Assembly (NCBI GenBank): GCA_965213705.1
Contig: OZ243913.1
Location: 1,440,001 to 1,504,000 of the forward strand
DNA from: Trueperaceae bacterium
GTDB taxonomy: Bacteria > Deinococcota > Deinococci > Deinococcales > Trueperaceae
Length of the DNA stretch: 64,000 nucleotides
Direction: 5' to 3'
The notes under the pieces are model-generated. The model was not told the origin of the DNA, did not search any database, and saw only the letters and a list, made by a program, of their open reading frames with translations. Of this stretch, positions 1 to 8,665 are shown one piece after another. Within the stretch, counting starts at the first letter, position 1. Every line of letters begins with the position of its first letter. A program made the translations under genes and the position numbers.

Positions 1-143
1 TCGCCGGGCAGCAGCGTGGTAAGTTGGCGCAACACGAACAAACTGCGCTCGCCGAAGGTCGGCAGTCTGAGCAACTTGTCGACGGCCGCCAAGGGGTCGG
101 GCGTCCCAGAGGTCTCACTGCCTGTAAAAAAGCGCTTCAGCAT
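1..143 (-). CDS. 5' part of a gene running off the left edge (MLKRFFTGSETSGTPDPLAAVDKLLRLP...), unknown product
   Basis: Manual translation: ATG at 143, open frame to position 1, divergent from the lipoprotein gene. Confidence 0.45.
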   Translation of the reverse strand, partial: MLKRFFTGSETSGTPDPLAAVDKLLRLPTFGERSLFVLRQLTTLLPG

Positions 144-158
144 ACCCGCCTCGACATA

Positions 159-210
159 GTGTCTCCCAAAACCTGGTGTCTTCCCAAAACCTGGTGTCTC
201 CCAAAACCTG
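159..210. repeat. Three tandem copies of GTGTCT(T)CCCAAAACCTG (17/18/17 bp)
   Basis: Read directly; followed immediately by TCTCGAG. Confidence 0.9.
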
Positions 211-453
211 TCTCGAGAGGCCGACCCGCGCGGGTCGGCCCCGGACGCACCTTACAAACTTCACTTTACTGTCAGGACGTGGGACGCGGCTTTACGAAAC
301 CTAACACCTGCTTTGGCCCGACAACCTCACGTCTTTCGAGGTTTGCTACCAACACCAAACCTCGACCGGGCTGAGCGGGAGCGGATGTTTACCGAAGTGA
401 ACAAGGTGGCTTGGGTCAGTGTGCCGCTTCTCTCGAGCGGGCATGATGACGCC

Positions 454-1947
454 ATGCCGCGTTTGCTGTGGATTGCCGCTCTTTTGGGTCTGGTGAGTTG
501 TCTGCCTATCCCGACGGTGAGGCTGGACGTGGAGCTGCCCCCCGTCACCTACCGCTCGTCCCCCTCAACGGTGCCGACCGACTACGTCACAGTGCCGGGT
601 TTCGACGAAGCCCACACGCCGGACGCGCTCGACCGGAGTTACTACCTCCGCTATTACCACGCCGGAGACACGCCCGACACTGTTTTAATTCTTGTTCCCG
701 GAATTTTCGGCGGCGCGACGAGCATGGACGAACTGGCCCGGCAACTCGTCGCCAGCACGCCGGACTTGGAAGTGTGGGGAGTTGACCGCCGCGCCAACGC
801 GCTCGAGGACAGGAGCGCGTTTTTGAGAAGCTTGCAGAAACGCGACCCGAGCGCCGCCTACCGCTACTACGTCGAAAACGAGGGCAAACCGGGCGGCTTC
901 GTGCCCGTCCCGCCCAAAGACCTGAGTTTTATGGGCTACTGGGGTCTGGACGTCCACCTGCGCGACCTGCACGCGGTCGTGTTGCAGGCGCGGCGGCGCG
1001 CCCCGCGGGTCGTTTTGGGCGGCCACTCGCTCGGCGCGAGCCTTGTCGGGCTCTACGCGGCCTACAACTTCGGTACGCCTAGAAACCCCGACCCCGGTGA
1101 CGACCACGTGGACGGACTGCTGCTCATCGACGGCGCGCTCGGCCGGACGGGCGGTTTCGGAATCGACCCAACCCTGACGACGGTGCTGGGCATTTTGCCG
1201 GACGTGCAGGGGCTCGAGACGGGTACGGACGCGCCTTACCTCGGCCTCGGTTTGGGTCCGACGTTTCAGGCGCAGCGGGAAGTTTTGGCGCTGCTGGCGC
1301 GCTTTGCGCCCAACAGGTTGGCCCCCGACGCCTTTGTGGAGTTTCCGGCCACGAACCGGGCCGCCTTTGGAATTCTCGAGACCGACCGCTACGGCCCGGT
1401 CACGGTATTCACCAGTTCCTTGGGCGAAGCGGTCGGCGCGACGTTCGGCGGCAACCTGACCGCGTTCGTGCTGGGCGGCGCGGACAGCGCCACGAGTCGC
1501 ACGGTGACGGGCGTGGCGAACGGCTTCCACCAAGTCGATTGGGCGCGCGGCGACCCCGCCACGGCGCGCACCGACATCGACGCCCTGACGCGGGGTTGGT
1601 CGACGCCCCAAACCAACCGCAGCGAATGGTACTTTCCGCTGCGCTTGGCCGTCGACGTGGGCGAGGCGGGTTTGCGCTTGGATGACGACCCGGGGTTCGT
1701 CCCCAACGCTTCTGTCACCACCCCGACGCTCGCCGTCGGCGCGGGGCGCGGGCTCGTCAAAGACCTCTCCGGTTTCGAGGCCTACAACAACGTGCGGCCG
1801 GGCTCGCTGTTCTCCACGTACATTCTCCCCGGCCTGACGCACTTAGACATCGTCGAGGCCGAAGACAACCCGCTCGTGTCGTTGTTCAAACTGTGGACGG
1901 TGCAGCTCGAGCGGGTTGGAGGAAAGGTTGAACGAGTAGGGGAATAA
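454..1947 (+). CDS. Alpha/beta-hydrolase fold lipoprotein
   Basis: Signal peptide with lipobox LVSC from ATG 454; oxyanion PG-x-F-GG; nucleophile GHSLG; C-terminal His (THLD). Confidence 0.75.
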   Translation: MPRLLWIAALLGLVSCLPIPTVRLDVELPPVTYRSSPSTVPTDYVTVPGFDEAHTPDALDRSYYLRYYHAGDTPDTVLILVPGIFGGATSMDELARQLVASTPDLEVWGVDRRANALEDRSAFLRSLQKRDPSAAYRYYVENEGKPGGFVPVPPKDLSFMGYWGLDVHLRDLHAVVLQARRRAPRVVLGGHSLGASLVGLYAAYNFGTPRNPDPGDDHVDGLLLIDGALGRTGGFGIDPTLTTVLGILPDVQGLETGTDAPYLGLGLGPTFQAQREVLALLARFAPNRLAPDAFVEFPATNRAAFGILETDRYGPVTVFTSSLGEAVGATFGGNLTAFVLGGADSATSRTVTGVANGFHQVDWARGDPATARTDIDALTRGWSTPQTNRSEWYFPLRLAVDVGEAGLRLDDDPGFVPNASVTTPTLAVGAGRGLVKDLSGFEAYNNVRPGSLFSTYILPGLTHLDIVEAEDNPLVSLFKLWTVQLERVGGKVERVGE

Positions 1948-2102
1948 CACCCTTTTCGGTTCATGACCTCAGTTAACCCGAGCGGAACGAGAAAAACTGT
2001 TGCGGGTTTCGATAAGGAGCCGAAAAACCCCTTTAAGTTTGGTAGGCGTATTACCGGAGCCCGTACAAAACAAAAGGCTCTTACTCCCTACCTCCAACAC
2101 CC

Positions 2103-3647
2103 CTACTTTTTCTCCTTCAGCAACTGCTCTCTGAGGACGTGCTTCTGCACCTTACCGAGCGCGTTGCGGGGCAGCGCGGCGACGAAGTAGACCTCTTTGG
2201 GCTTTTTGAAACCGGCGATGCGCGTTTTTACGTGCTCGAGCAACTTGGCCTCGCTCACCTCACCGACGACCGCCGCCACGACTTTTTCGCCCAGGTCGGG
2301 GTCGGGCAGGCCCAGCACGGCGACCTCGCGCACGCCCACGACCTCGGCCAAAACCTCTTCGACCTCGCGCGGGTAGACGTTGAAACCGCCCGAGATGACG
2401 AGTTCCTTGGCGCGGCCGTTCAGGGTGTAGTAGCCGTCCACGTCCACGAAGCCCAAGTCGCCCGTCTTGAACCAGCCGTCCCCCGTCCAGGCTTCCGCCG
2501 TCGCGTCGGGGCGGTTCCAGTAGCCCTTCATGAGGTTAGGGCCGCGGATTTGGATTTCGCCGCTTTCACCCGTCGCCAAAACCTCGCCCGTTTGGGGGTC
2601 GGCGACACGCGCTTCTATTCCCTCGAACGGAAAGCCGACCGAGCCCGCGCGCCGCTCGCCGTCGTAGGGGTTGCCCATGTTCATCACGGTTTCGGTCATG
2701 CCATAGCGCTCGAGAATCCGCAAGCCAAAAACTTCTTCTACCTCCGCGTGGGTTTGTGGACTTAGGGGAGCCGAGCCCGAGACGAGGAGGCGCAAGCCGT
2801 CGGGTTTCTCATTGCGAGTTCTGGCAACCTCCAGCAGCCGCGTGTACATCGTCGGCACGCCGAAAAACATCGTCACGTCGCCCTGCAGCATCGTGTTGAA
2901 CACGTCCGCCGCGTCGAACTTGCGCCGCAGCGTCAGCGCCGAACCCTGAACGAGCGTGCCGTGAAAACCGACGCCCAGCCCGTGCATGTGAAAGAGCGGC
3001 AGCACCAGCAAGAGGTGGTCGTCGGGCGTCCACGCCCAAGCTTTCGTCAGTGCGACGCTGTTGCTCACAAAGTTGCCGTGCGTGAGCACTGTGCCCTTGC
3101 TGCGCCCGGTAGTGCCGGAGGTGTAGCCGATGACGGCGAGGTCGTCCCGCGTGAGGGACACGGGCTCCGAACGCGGCTCGCCGCCGGCGAGGTCCGCCCA
3201 GGTTGCGCGGTCGGATTCGAGACTTTCCCCAAGCGTCACGACGGCCTCCACGGCAGGCGTGTCTTCTCTGACTTTCTCGACTTCCGCAAGCCCCGCCGCG
3301 TCGGTGATGACGAGTCGGGCGCTCGAGTCGGTGAGTATGTGCCGCAGTTCCGTAAAGCGGTAGCGCGTATTCACCGGCACCACCACGCCGCCGAGCCACT
3401 GCACGCCCAGGTAAGCGGTGATAAAACTCGGCGAGTTTTCCAGATAAAGCGCCACGCGGTCACCTTTGGTGAGACCGTAAGCGGCCAGCGCGCCCGCGAC
3501 AAAACTCACCTGCTCGTGGACTTGCGCGTAGCTGAACGTTTCGCCCTCGAAGTGCAGCAGCGGCTTGTCGGGCGTGGCCTGGACAGTTCTCAAAAAGGCG
3601 TCGGGGAGGGAAGCTATCTCGGTTCGGGTCGTGTCAGTCTGGGTCAT
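2103..3647 (-). CDS. matB: Malonyl-CoA synthetase (MatB-type acyl-CoA synthetase)
   Basis: AMP-binding YTSGTTGRSKG, ERYGMTE motif typical of malonyl-CoA synthetases, PRNALGKVQK; adjacent to malonyl-CoA decarboxylase; likely start ATG 3647. Confidence 0.8.
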   Translation of the reverse strand: MTQTDTTRTEIASLPDAFLRTVQATPDKPLLHFEGETFSYAQVHEQVSFVAGALAAYGLTKGDRVALYLENSPSFITAYLGVQWLGGVVVPVNTRYRFTELRHILTDSSARLVITDAAGLAEVEKVREDTPAVEAVVTLGESLESDRATWADLAGGEPRSEPVSLTRDDLAVIGYTSGTTGRSKGTVLTHGNFVSNSVALTKAWAWTPDDHLLLVLPLFHMHGLGVGFHGTLVQGSALTLRRKFDAADVFNTMLQGDVTMFFGVPTMYTRLLEVARTRNEKPDGLRLLVSGSAPLSPQTHAEVEEVFGLRILERYGMTETVMNMGNPYDGERRAGSVGFPFEGIEARVADPQTGEVLATGESGEIQIRGPNLMKGYWNRPDATAEAWTGDGWFKTGDLGFVDVDGYYTLNGRAKELVISGGFNVYPREVEEVLAEVVGVREVAVLGLPDPDLGEKVVAAVVGEVSEAKLLEHVKTRIAGFKKPKEVYFVAALPRNALGKVQKHVLREQLLKEKK

Positions 3648-3658
3648 AGCGTCACCTG

Positions 3659-5116
3659 TCACAGGGTTTGGGGAAGGGCAGGAACGGGTGGCTCGAGGCT
3701 TTTTTCCCGGTTGCCCGCGTAGCGCCGCAGCGAGGCCGAGGCGGCGACGGTGCCGTCCTGGAAAAACTGTTCGTGGTAGCGTTCCAACTTGCCGGGTTCG
3801 TAAAGGTAGTTGACCATCAGCCCGTAGGACTCCTGCAAGCCGTTCGGCGCGGTGTTGCCCAACCAGTCGAGCCCTTCGACGCGCGCCCCGTTGGTGACGT
3901 GAAAGCGGGCTACCGGGTCCAGCGGCCGCCCGCGCGCGTCCCGCGCCCTGACGAGGTAGTAAGCGCACAGCCCGAGAAAGGGTTTCTGAAGCGCGCTCAC
4001 GCTTTCGAGTCGCCCTGTCCAGTCGTCACGCAGCAGCGCGTCCACCTTGGCTGTCGCAGCGTCGCTCGTCGAGGCGTCCTCCAAACCCTCTTTGTCCACC
4101 GCGCGCGTCAACGCCGCCCATTCCGCCTCGCTGAACAGGGCCGCGCCCTTTTCTTCCCAATGTTCCAGCAGCCAACGCCGGAAACCCGGAATCGGCGACA
4201 GCGTGACGAAGCGCTTTAAGTTCGGCAAACCTTGGGCCAAGTCCTCCATCACCCGCTTGAGCAAAAAACTCCCGAAGCTGATGCCGCGCAAACCGCGCTG
4301 GGTGTTCGAAATCGAGTAAAACACCGCCGTGTCCGCGTCTTCGGGCGTCAGCACCGGGGCGGACTCGTCGAGCAGCTTCTGGACGCTGCCGGGGATGCCG
4401 TGGGTCAGCGCGACCTCGACGAAAATCAGCGGCACGCCCGGCATCTTGGGGTGAAAAAAGGCGTAGCAGCGTCTATCGGCCTCGAGTCGGTTTTTGAGGT
4501 CTTGCCAGGAGCGGATTTCGTGAACCGCCTCGAAGGTGACGAGTTTTTCGAGCAGCGCCGCGGGCGAGTTCCAGCTTATCGCCTCGAAAGTGAGCAGCCC
4601 GACGTCGAACCAGGCTTCGAACAGGCTTTGCAGGTCGGCGTCGAGGGCTGCCAAACCGGGGTCCTCTTTCAAAAACCCGCGCAGGTCGGCCCGCAAGTCG
4701 ACCAAAAAAGTAAAGCCGTCCGGCAGCGCGTTGAAGCGCTTCAAAAGGGTCACCCTGGGCGGCTGCGTCGCCTCTTGCAGCGCGACATAATTTTGCAGCG
4801 TCGGCTCGGCGAGGTACGCTTCCGCGGCGTCGGCCAGCGTTTCGGGGTTCAGGTCGAAACCGTGGGCGAGCAGGCTCAGGAACCGCCGCTTGTCCGCGGC
4901 GTTCAAACTCAGGTACAGGTAGCCGAGTTCGGCGGCCCGCGTTCTGGCCGTCGTCTCGCCGCCCAGGCCGGTCAGGCAAGCCTGCATGAGCGCGAGCACG
5001 TCGTCCTCGACAAGACCGGGGGTGTCCCTGGCAGCGCGGTTGAACGGCAGAAACTCGCGCCAACCGTTCAGGCGCTGCCAGGCGCTGCCGAAAAACCCTG
5101 AGCGGTCCGCGTCCAT
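3659..5116 (-). CDS. matA: Malonyl-CoA decarboxylase
   Basis: EAVHEI, DRRCYAFFHP, FYSISNTQRGLRGISFG, TLSPIPGF, DPVARFH..NGA motifs. Confidence 0.92.
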   Translation of the reverse strand: MDADRSGFFGSAWQRLNGWREFLPFNRAARDTPGLVEDDVLALMQACLTGLGGETTARTRAAELGYLYLSLNAADKRRFLSLLAHGFDLNPETLADAAEAYLAEPTLQNYVALQEATQPPRVTLLKRFNALPDGFTFLVDLRADLRGFLKEDPGLAALDADLQSLFEAWFDVGLLTFEAISWNSPAALLEKLVTFEAVHEIRSWQDLKNRLEADRRCYAFFHPKMPGVPLIFVEVALTHGIPGSVQKLLDESAPVLTPEDADTAVFYSISNTQRGLRGISFGSFLLKRVMEDLAQGLPNLKRFVTLSPIPGFRRWLLEHWEEKGAALFSEAEWAALTRAVDKEGLEDASTSDAATAKVDALLRDDWTGRLESVSALQKPFLGLCAYYLVRARDARGRPLDPVARFHVTNGARVEGLDWLGNTAPNGLQESYGLMVNYLYEPGKLERYHEQFFQDGTVAASASLRRYAGNREKSLEPPVPALPQTL

Positions 5117-5326
5117 CAGCTCATGCCCCGCGCACGGTTCGGCAACGGGCGCAAGCCGAGCCCGAGCAGCCTGTTAAACTACTTGTCAATCGGTTGTTCG
5201 TCGCAAGCCTCCCGGTGTTGGACTCGGCTCTTTAGACACCGCCGTCAAGTCCAGGCTAGGGTAGTCGGAGAGGTTTGTCAACGCGGCGTTCGACGTTTGC
5301 AGGAGGTTTGGGTGGTGGGTATCGGG

Positions 5327-6490
5327 GTGAGTTCGCTGTCTCAGGATGCTACTCGAGTGCAAGCTGGCGTGCCACAGAACCGGCCCGTTTGGGAAGAGGG
5401 TGCGGGTCTGAGCTTGCCGAGGCTCGAGACCGACCTGCACGCCGACGTGTGCGTGGTCGGTCTGGGCGGCTCGGGGCTGGCTTGCGTGCTCGAGCTGCTA
5501 AACCTCGGTCAGAGTGTTGTCGGAATAGACGCCCGCACCATCGCCAGTGGCGCAGCCGGGCGCAACGGCGGCTTTTTGCTGGCGGGACTGTCAGCGTTTT
5601 ATCACGACGCGGCGCGCGGGCTCGGGCGTGAGCGGGCCAAAGCGCTTTACCACCTCACGCTCGCTGAACTCGAGCGCATGTCTGCAGCAACACCCGACGC
5701 GGTTCGCCGCCCCGGTTCGCTGCGGATTGCTGTTTCGGCAGAAGAGGTGGAAGACTGCGAACGGCAGTTCAAAGCCATGCGCGCCGACTCCCTACCCATC
5801 GAACGTTACGAGGGTGTGGAGGGCCGGGGTTTGCTCTTTCCCGGCGACGGCGTGTTCAACCCCCTGGAGCGTTGCCGAACATTGGCGAAAAAAGCCCTCG
5901 CTGAGGGCGCACAACTTTTCGAGAACTCAGCCGCTGTTTCGATTTCCGGGGGCGAGGTTGTCACGCCTCGAGCCCGCATCCGCTGCAAAAACGTCGTCGT
6001 CGCGGTGGACGGACTCCTCGAGCGAATACTGCCCGAACTCGTCGGCAGGGTGCGCACCGCTCGGCTGCAAATGCTCGCCACCGCGCCCACGAACGAGGTT
6101 TCTTTGCCCCGTCCGGTCTACGCCCGTTACGGCTACGAATACTGGCAACAACTTCCCGACGGGCGCATTGCCTTGGGCGGTTTTCGAGACGAGGCCGGGG
6201 AGGGCGAGTGGACACACGACAACGAGCCGGGTGACGAAGTGCAAACACGCCTCACCGCTTTTCTCCGCGACCGTTTAGGCGTGACCGCGCCCGTTACAAA
6301 ACGCTGGGCGGCGTCGGTGGGTTATACCGAAAGTATCCTGCCCTACTTCGGCGAGGTGAGGCCGGATGTCTGGGCGGTCGGCGGTTACAACGGCACGGGC
6401 AACGTCGTTGGGGCGCTCTGCGGTCGGGGCGCGGCGCAGCGCGCGGCGGGGGAAAGCTCACCGATAGCCGACCTTTTCCAAACGCGCTAG
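5327..6490 (+). CDS. FAD-dependent oxidoreductase (DAO/DadA family, gamma-glutamylputrescine oxidase-like); start uncertain
   Basis: VVGLGGSG Rossmann motif, GAAGRNGGF, GGYNGTG. Confidence 0.8.
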   Translation: MSSLSQDATRVQAGVPQNRPVWEEGAGLSLPRLETDLHADVCVVGLGGSGLACVLELLNLGQSVVGIDARTIASGAAGRNGGFLLAGLSAFYHDAARGLGRERAKALYHLTLAELERMSAATPDAVRRPGSLRIAVSAEEVEDCERQFKAMRADSLPIERYEGVEGRGLLFPGDGVFNPLERCRTLAKKALAEGAQLFENSAAVSISGGEVVTPRARIRCKNVVVAVDGLLERILPELVGRVRTARLQMLATAPTNEVSLPRPVYARYGYEYWQQLPDGRIALGGFRDEAGEGEWTHDNEPGDEVQTRLTAFLRDRLGVTAPVTKRWAASVGYTESILPYFGEVRPDVWAVGGYNGTGNVVGALCGRGAAQRAAGESSPIADLFQTR

Positions 6491-6498
6491 AATCCGCT

Positions 6499-7398
6499 AT
6501 GGACAAATCTACAGACCTGGACCGCGACCAACTCCAACGAGACATCACCGACCTATACGTCCGCGAGCACAAGGCGCTGGGTGAAGCGGGGACGCTCTCC
6601 CACTTAGAGCGGGGCAAGGAGCTGTCCCAAAAGTTCGACCTCCCCAAAACCCTGCGCGAGGGCGGCGTCCTGGTCTTTCCCCACGTCGGCGTAGCTGACT
6701 GCGGCTACCAGGTCGCGGCTTGCGTCCACGCCGCCCTCGACAGCGGCGCGGACAAGGTCTTGTTCATCAGCGTGCTTCACGCCTTTACCGAGGCGATGGA
6801 ACAAGCCCGGCGCGGCGTCGCCGTGGGTGAGCCGCCGAGCAACTACGAGTTTTGGGGCGTCCAAGGCCCCGGTTTGGAAGGTCGTAAGGAGTGGTTGGGC
6901 GACCACGCGCCGATGAGCTGGCGCTACTTCTGGGAGGCCGAGACCAAGCGGCGCGGCCTGGACAACCCGCCCGAGGTGCTCGAGCGTTTCCCCTACCTAG
7001 CGGGCGGCAAACCCGAAGACTTACCCGGCATCGAAGAACTCCAAGAAATCGCCAAAGACGCCGTCATCGTCTCGACCGCCGACGCCTTTCACCACGGCGT
7101 CGGCTACGGCGACGCGCCCGAAGACTCGTTCGACCACGACGCCGCGGGGCTCGCCAAGGCTAAAAGAGTTTTGGAGGAGGGCATTGCTATCCTCGAGGAA
7201 GCCGACTATTCGGGCTACAACCAGCACTGCGTCCGGGCTAAGAGCGACGCTCGAGACGCTGGGCAAGTGTTCCGCTACCTGCGCGGTCCCATGAAGGGCC
7301 GCGTCATCGACCTGACTTATAGCGACGCGGGCGAGCTTTATAAGTCGCCCGAGCCGACTTGGGTGGCGTCGGCGCTGTTCGAGTGGAAGAAAATGTAA
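6499..7398 (+). CDS. Hypothetical protein with divergent Memo/LigB-like motifs
   Basis: Host-like codon usage; FPHVG, ISVLH and STADAFHHG motifs; TAGAAT box 5 nt upstream. Confidence 0.6.
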   Translation: MDKSTDLDRDQLQRDITDLYVREHKALGEAGTLSHLERGKELSQKFDLPKTLREGGVLVFPHVGVADCGYQVAACVHAALDSGADKVLFISVLHAFTEAMEQARRGVAVGEPPSNYEFWGVQGPGLEGRKEWLGDHAPMSWRYFWEAETKRRGLDNPPEVLERFPYLAGGKPEDLPGIEELQEIAKDAVIVSTADAFHHGVGYGDAPEDSFDHDAAGLAKAKRVLEEGIAILEEADYSGYNQHCVRAKSDARDAGQVFRYLRGPMKGRVIDLTYSDAGELYKSPEPTWVASALFEWKKM

Positions 7399-7419
7399 GT
7401 TGTTTAGGAGAAAGGTTGC

Positions 7420-7620
7420 GTGATGATAAAGGTCGGCAGTCGTGTTGTACATGATAACGGTCAAAATTCTTTTGGTCACGGCACAGTCCTTCATATCAAC
7501 GAAAAGTTGGACACTGTGCTCGTCAAGTGGGACACGCATGAAGTAACGCGTCAGACAGCAGACTTGGGAACAGACACCTCGCATGTCAGGTTGAGTAGTT
7601 TGAGCCTTGAGCCGATTTGA
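7420..7620 (+). CDS. Small hypothetical protein (beta-rich, SH3-like pattern), lower GC
   Basis: RBS AGGAG upstream; stop overlaps the next ATG. Confidence 0.5.
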   Translation: MMIKVGSRVVHDNGQNSFGHGTVLHINEKLDTVLVKWDTHEVTRQTADLGTDTSHVRLSSLSLEPI

Positions 7621-8153
7621 TGGAGCCCTTGTCTAAGTTGGACGAGACAGTTCTTCCGGCTTTAGAAAATCTGTTTACCTACGTTCAGCGTAGTGGTTGG
7701 CATGGGCGTGAGAATGAGGCGGTGAGCCTATTTGCGTTTTCCCATCTTCTTCCTCTTACCGCACCCGACAAGGTTCTTTATGACCCAGGTCAAATAGCGA
7801 TTGAATGCGCCGTTCTTCAAGTTGACACAGTTTCGCCGAGAAAGAGTGGACGCCACAAAAAGGATGTACGCAAAGACCTCATCCTTTGGCCTAAACCTCA
7901 TCAGACCTACTGGTTTCCCGAAAACAGCTTGCCTCCTCTGGCCGTTATGGAGTGGAAAGTGTTTCGCAGCTCTCCTCGTTCAAGGAAAAAGGATATGGCG
8001 GTCAGCGAGAAAGATGTCGAATGGCTGAAACTCTATTCAAAATACTCGGAGCAAACAGCCTGTTACGCGGTGTCGTTATATCTCGGTGCTCAAACAGGTC
8101 TGTTGTGCTGTAAAGTTCAGAACGGAGATGTTGAAGAACTTTTGCGGCTGTAA
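7620..8153 (+). CDS. Hypothetical protein, possible PD-(D/E)xK nuclease fold
   Basis: E..(ENEAV), IECAV, KDLILW and AVMEWK pattern; lower GC. Confidence 0.5.
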   Translation: MEPLSKLDETVLPALENLFTYVQRSGWHGRENEAVSLFAFSHLLPLTAPDKVLYDPGQIAIECAVLQVDTVSPRKSGRHKKDVRKDLILWPKPHQTYWFPENSLPPLAVMEWKVFRSSPRSRKKDMAVSEKDVEWLKLYSKYSEQTACYAVSLYLGAQTGLLCCKVQNGDVEELLRL

Positions 8154-8216
8154 CGTCTTGAAAAATTGCTTTTTAAGGCCGGAATTGATAGCCGTCACCT
8201 CTGCTATAGTTGGCCT

Positions 8217-8618
8217 GTGTTCCCTCGCGTCCTGGACAAGCACATCGAAATCACCCCCGGCATCGCGGGCGGAAAACCGCGCATCGCAGGACGCCGTATT
8301 ACAGTGCAAAACATCGTCATCTGGCACGAGCGTTTGGGCAAAAGCGCGGACGAAATCAGCAGCGAGTACGACCTGCCTTTGGCGTCTGTCTACGCGGCCT
8401 TAGCTTACTACTTCGACCATGTGGTAAAAATCAACAAAAGTATCAAAGAGGGTGAAGCATTTGCTGAGCAAATGCGCAAGGAGGACGCTTCAGTTCTGAG
8501 TCAAAGGCCGATGGGCTTACATCCGATGAAGCTTTCGGACGAAGCGGTGGCTGAATCCATACGTCCCTTGAGCGACGAAGATTTGGGTTTTTGGCAAGAC
8601 AACGATTTTCCTAAGTGA
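8217..8618 (+). CDS. DUF433 domain protein (putative antitoxin) with C-terminal extension
   Basis: IEITPGIAGGKPRIAGRRITV...VYAALAYY; extended -10 TGcTATAGT 6 nt before GTG 8217. Confidence 0.8.
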   Translation: MFPRVLDKHIEITPGIAGGKPRIAGRRITVQNIVIWHERLGKSADEISSEYDLPLASVYAALAYYFDHVVKINKSIKEGEAFAEQMRKEDASVLSQRPMGLHPMKLSDEAVAESIRPLSDEDLGFWQDNDFPK

Positions 8619-8665
8619 GTTTCCCGTCTGATTATCTCCGCCTGAGACTTGACCCTAAACAGAGT

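Noticed and set aside
159..210. Short repeats (also 40748-40810, 34009-34126) as CRISPR arrays
   Set aside because: Units are directly tandem with no unique spacers, are too short, and no cas genes are present
685..1842. Long antisense or off-frame ORFs (also 18745-19707, 39502-40371, 53164-54156, 62501-63700)
   Set aside because: Shadows of GC-rich genes on the other strand or frame; Arg/Pro/Ala-rich with no motifs
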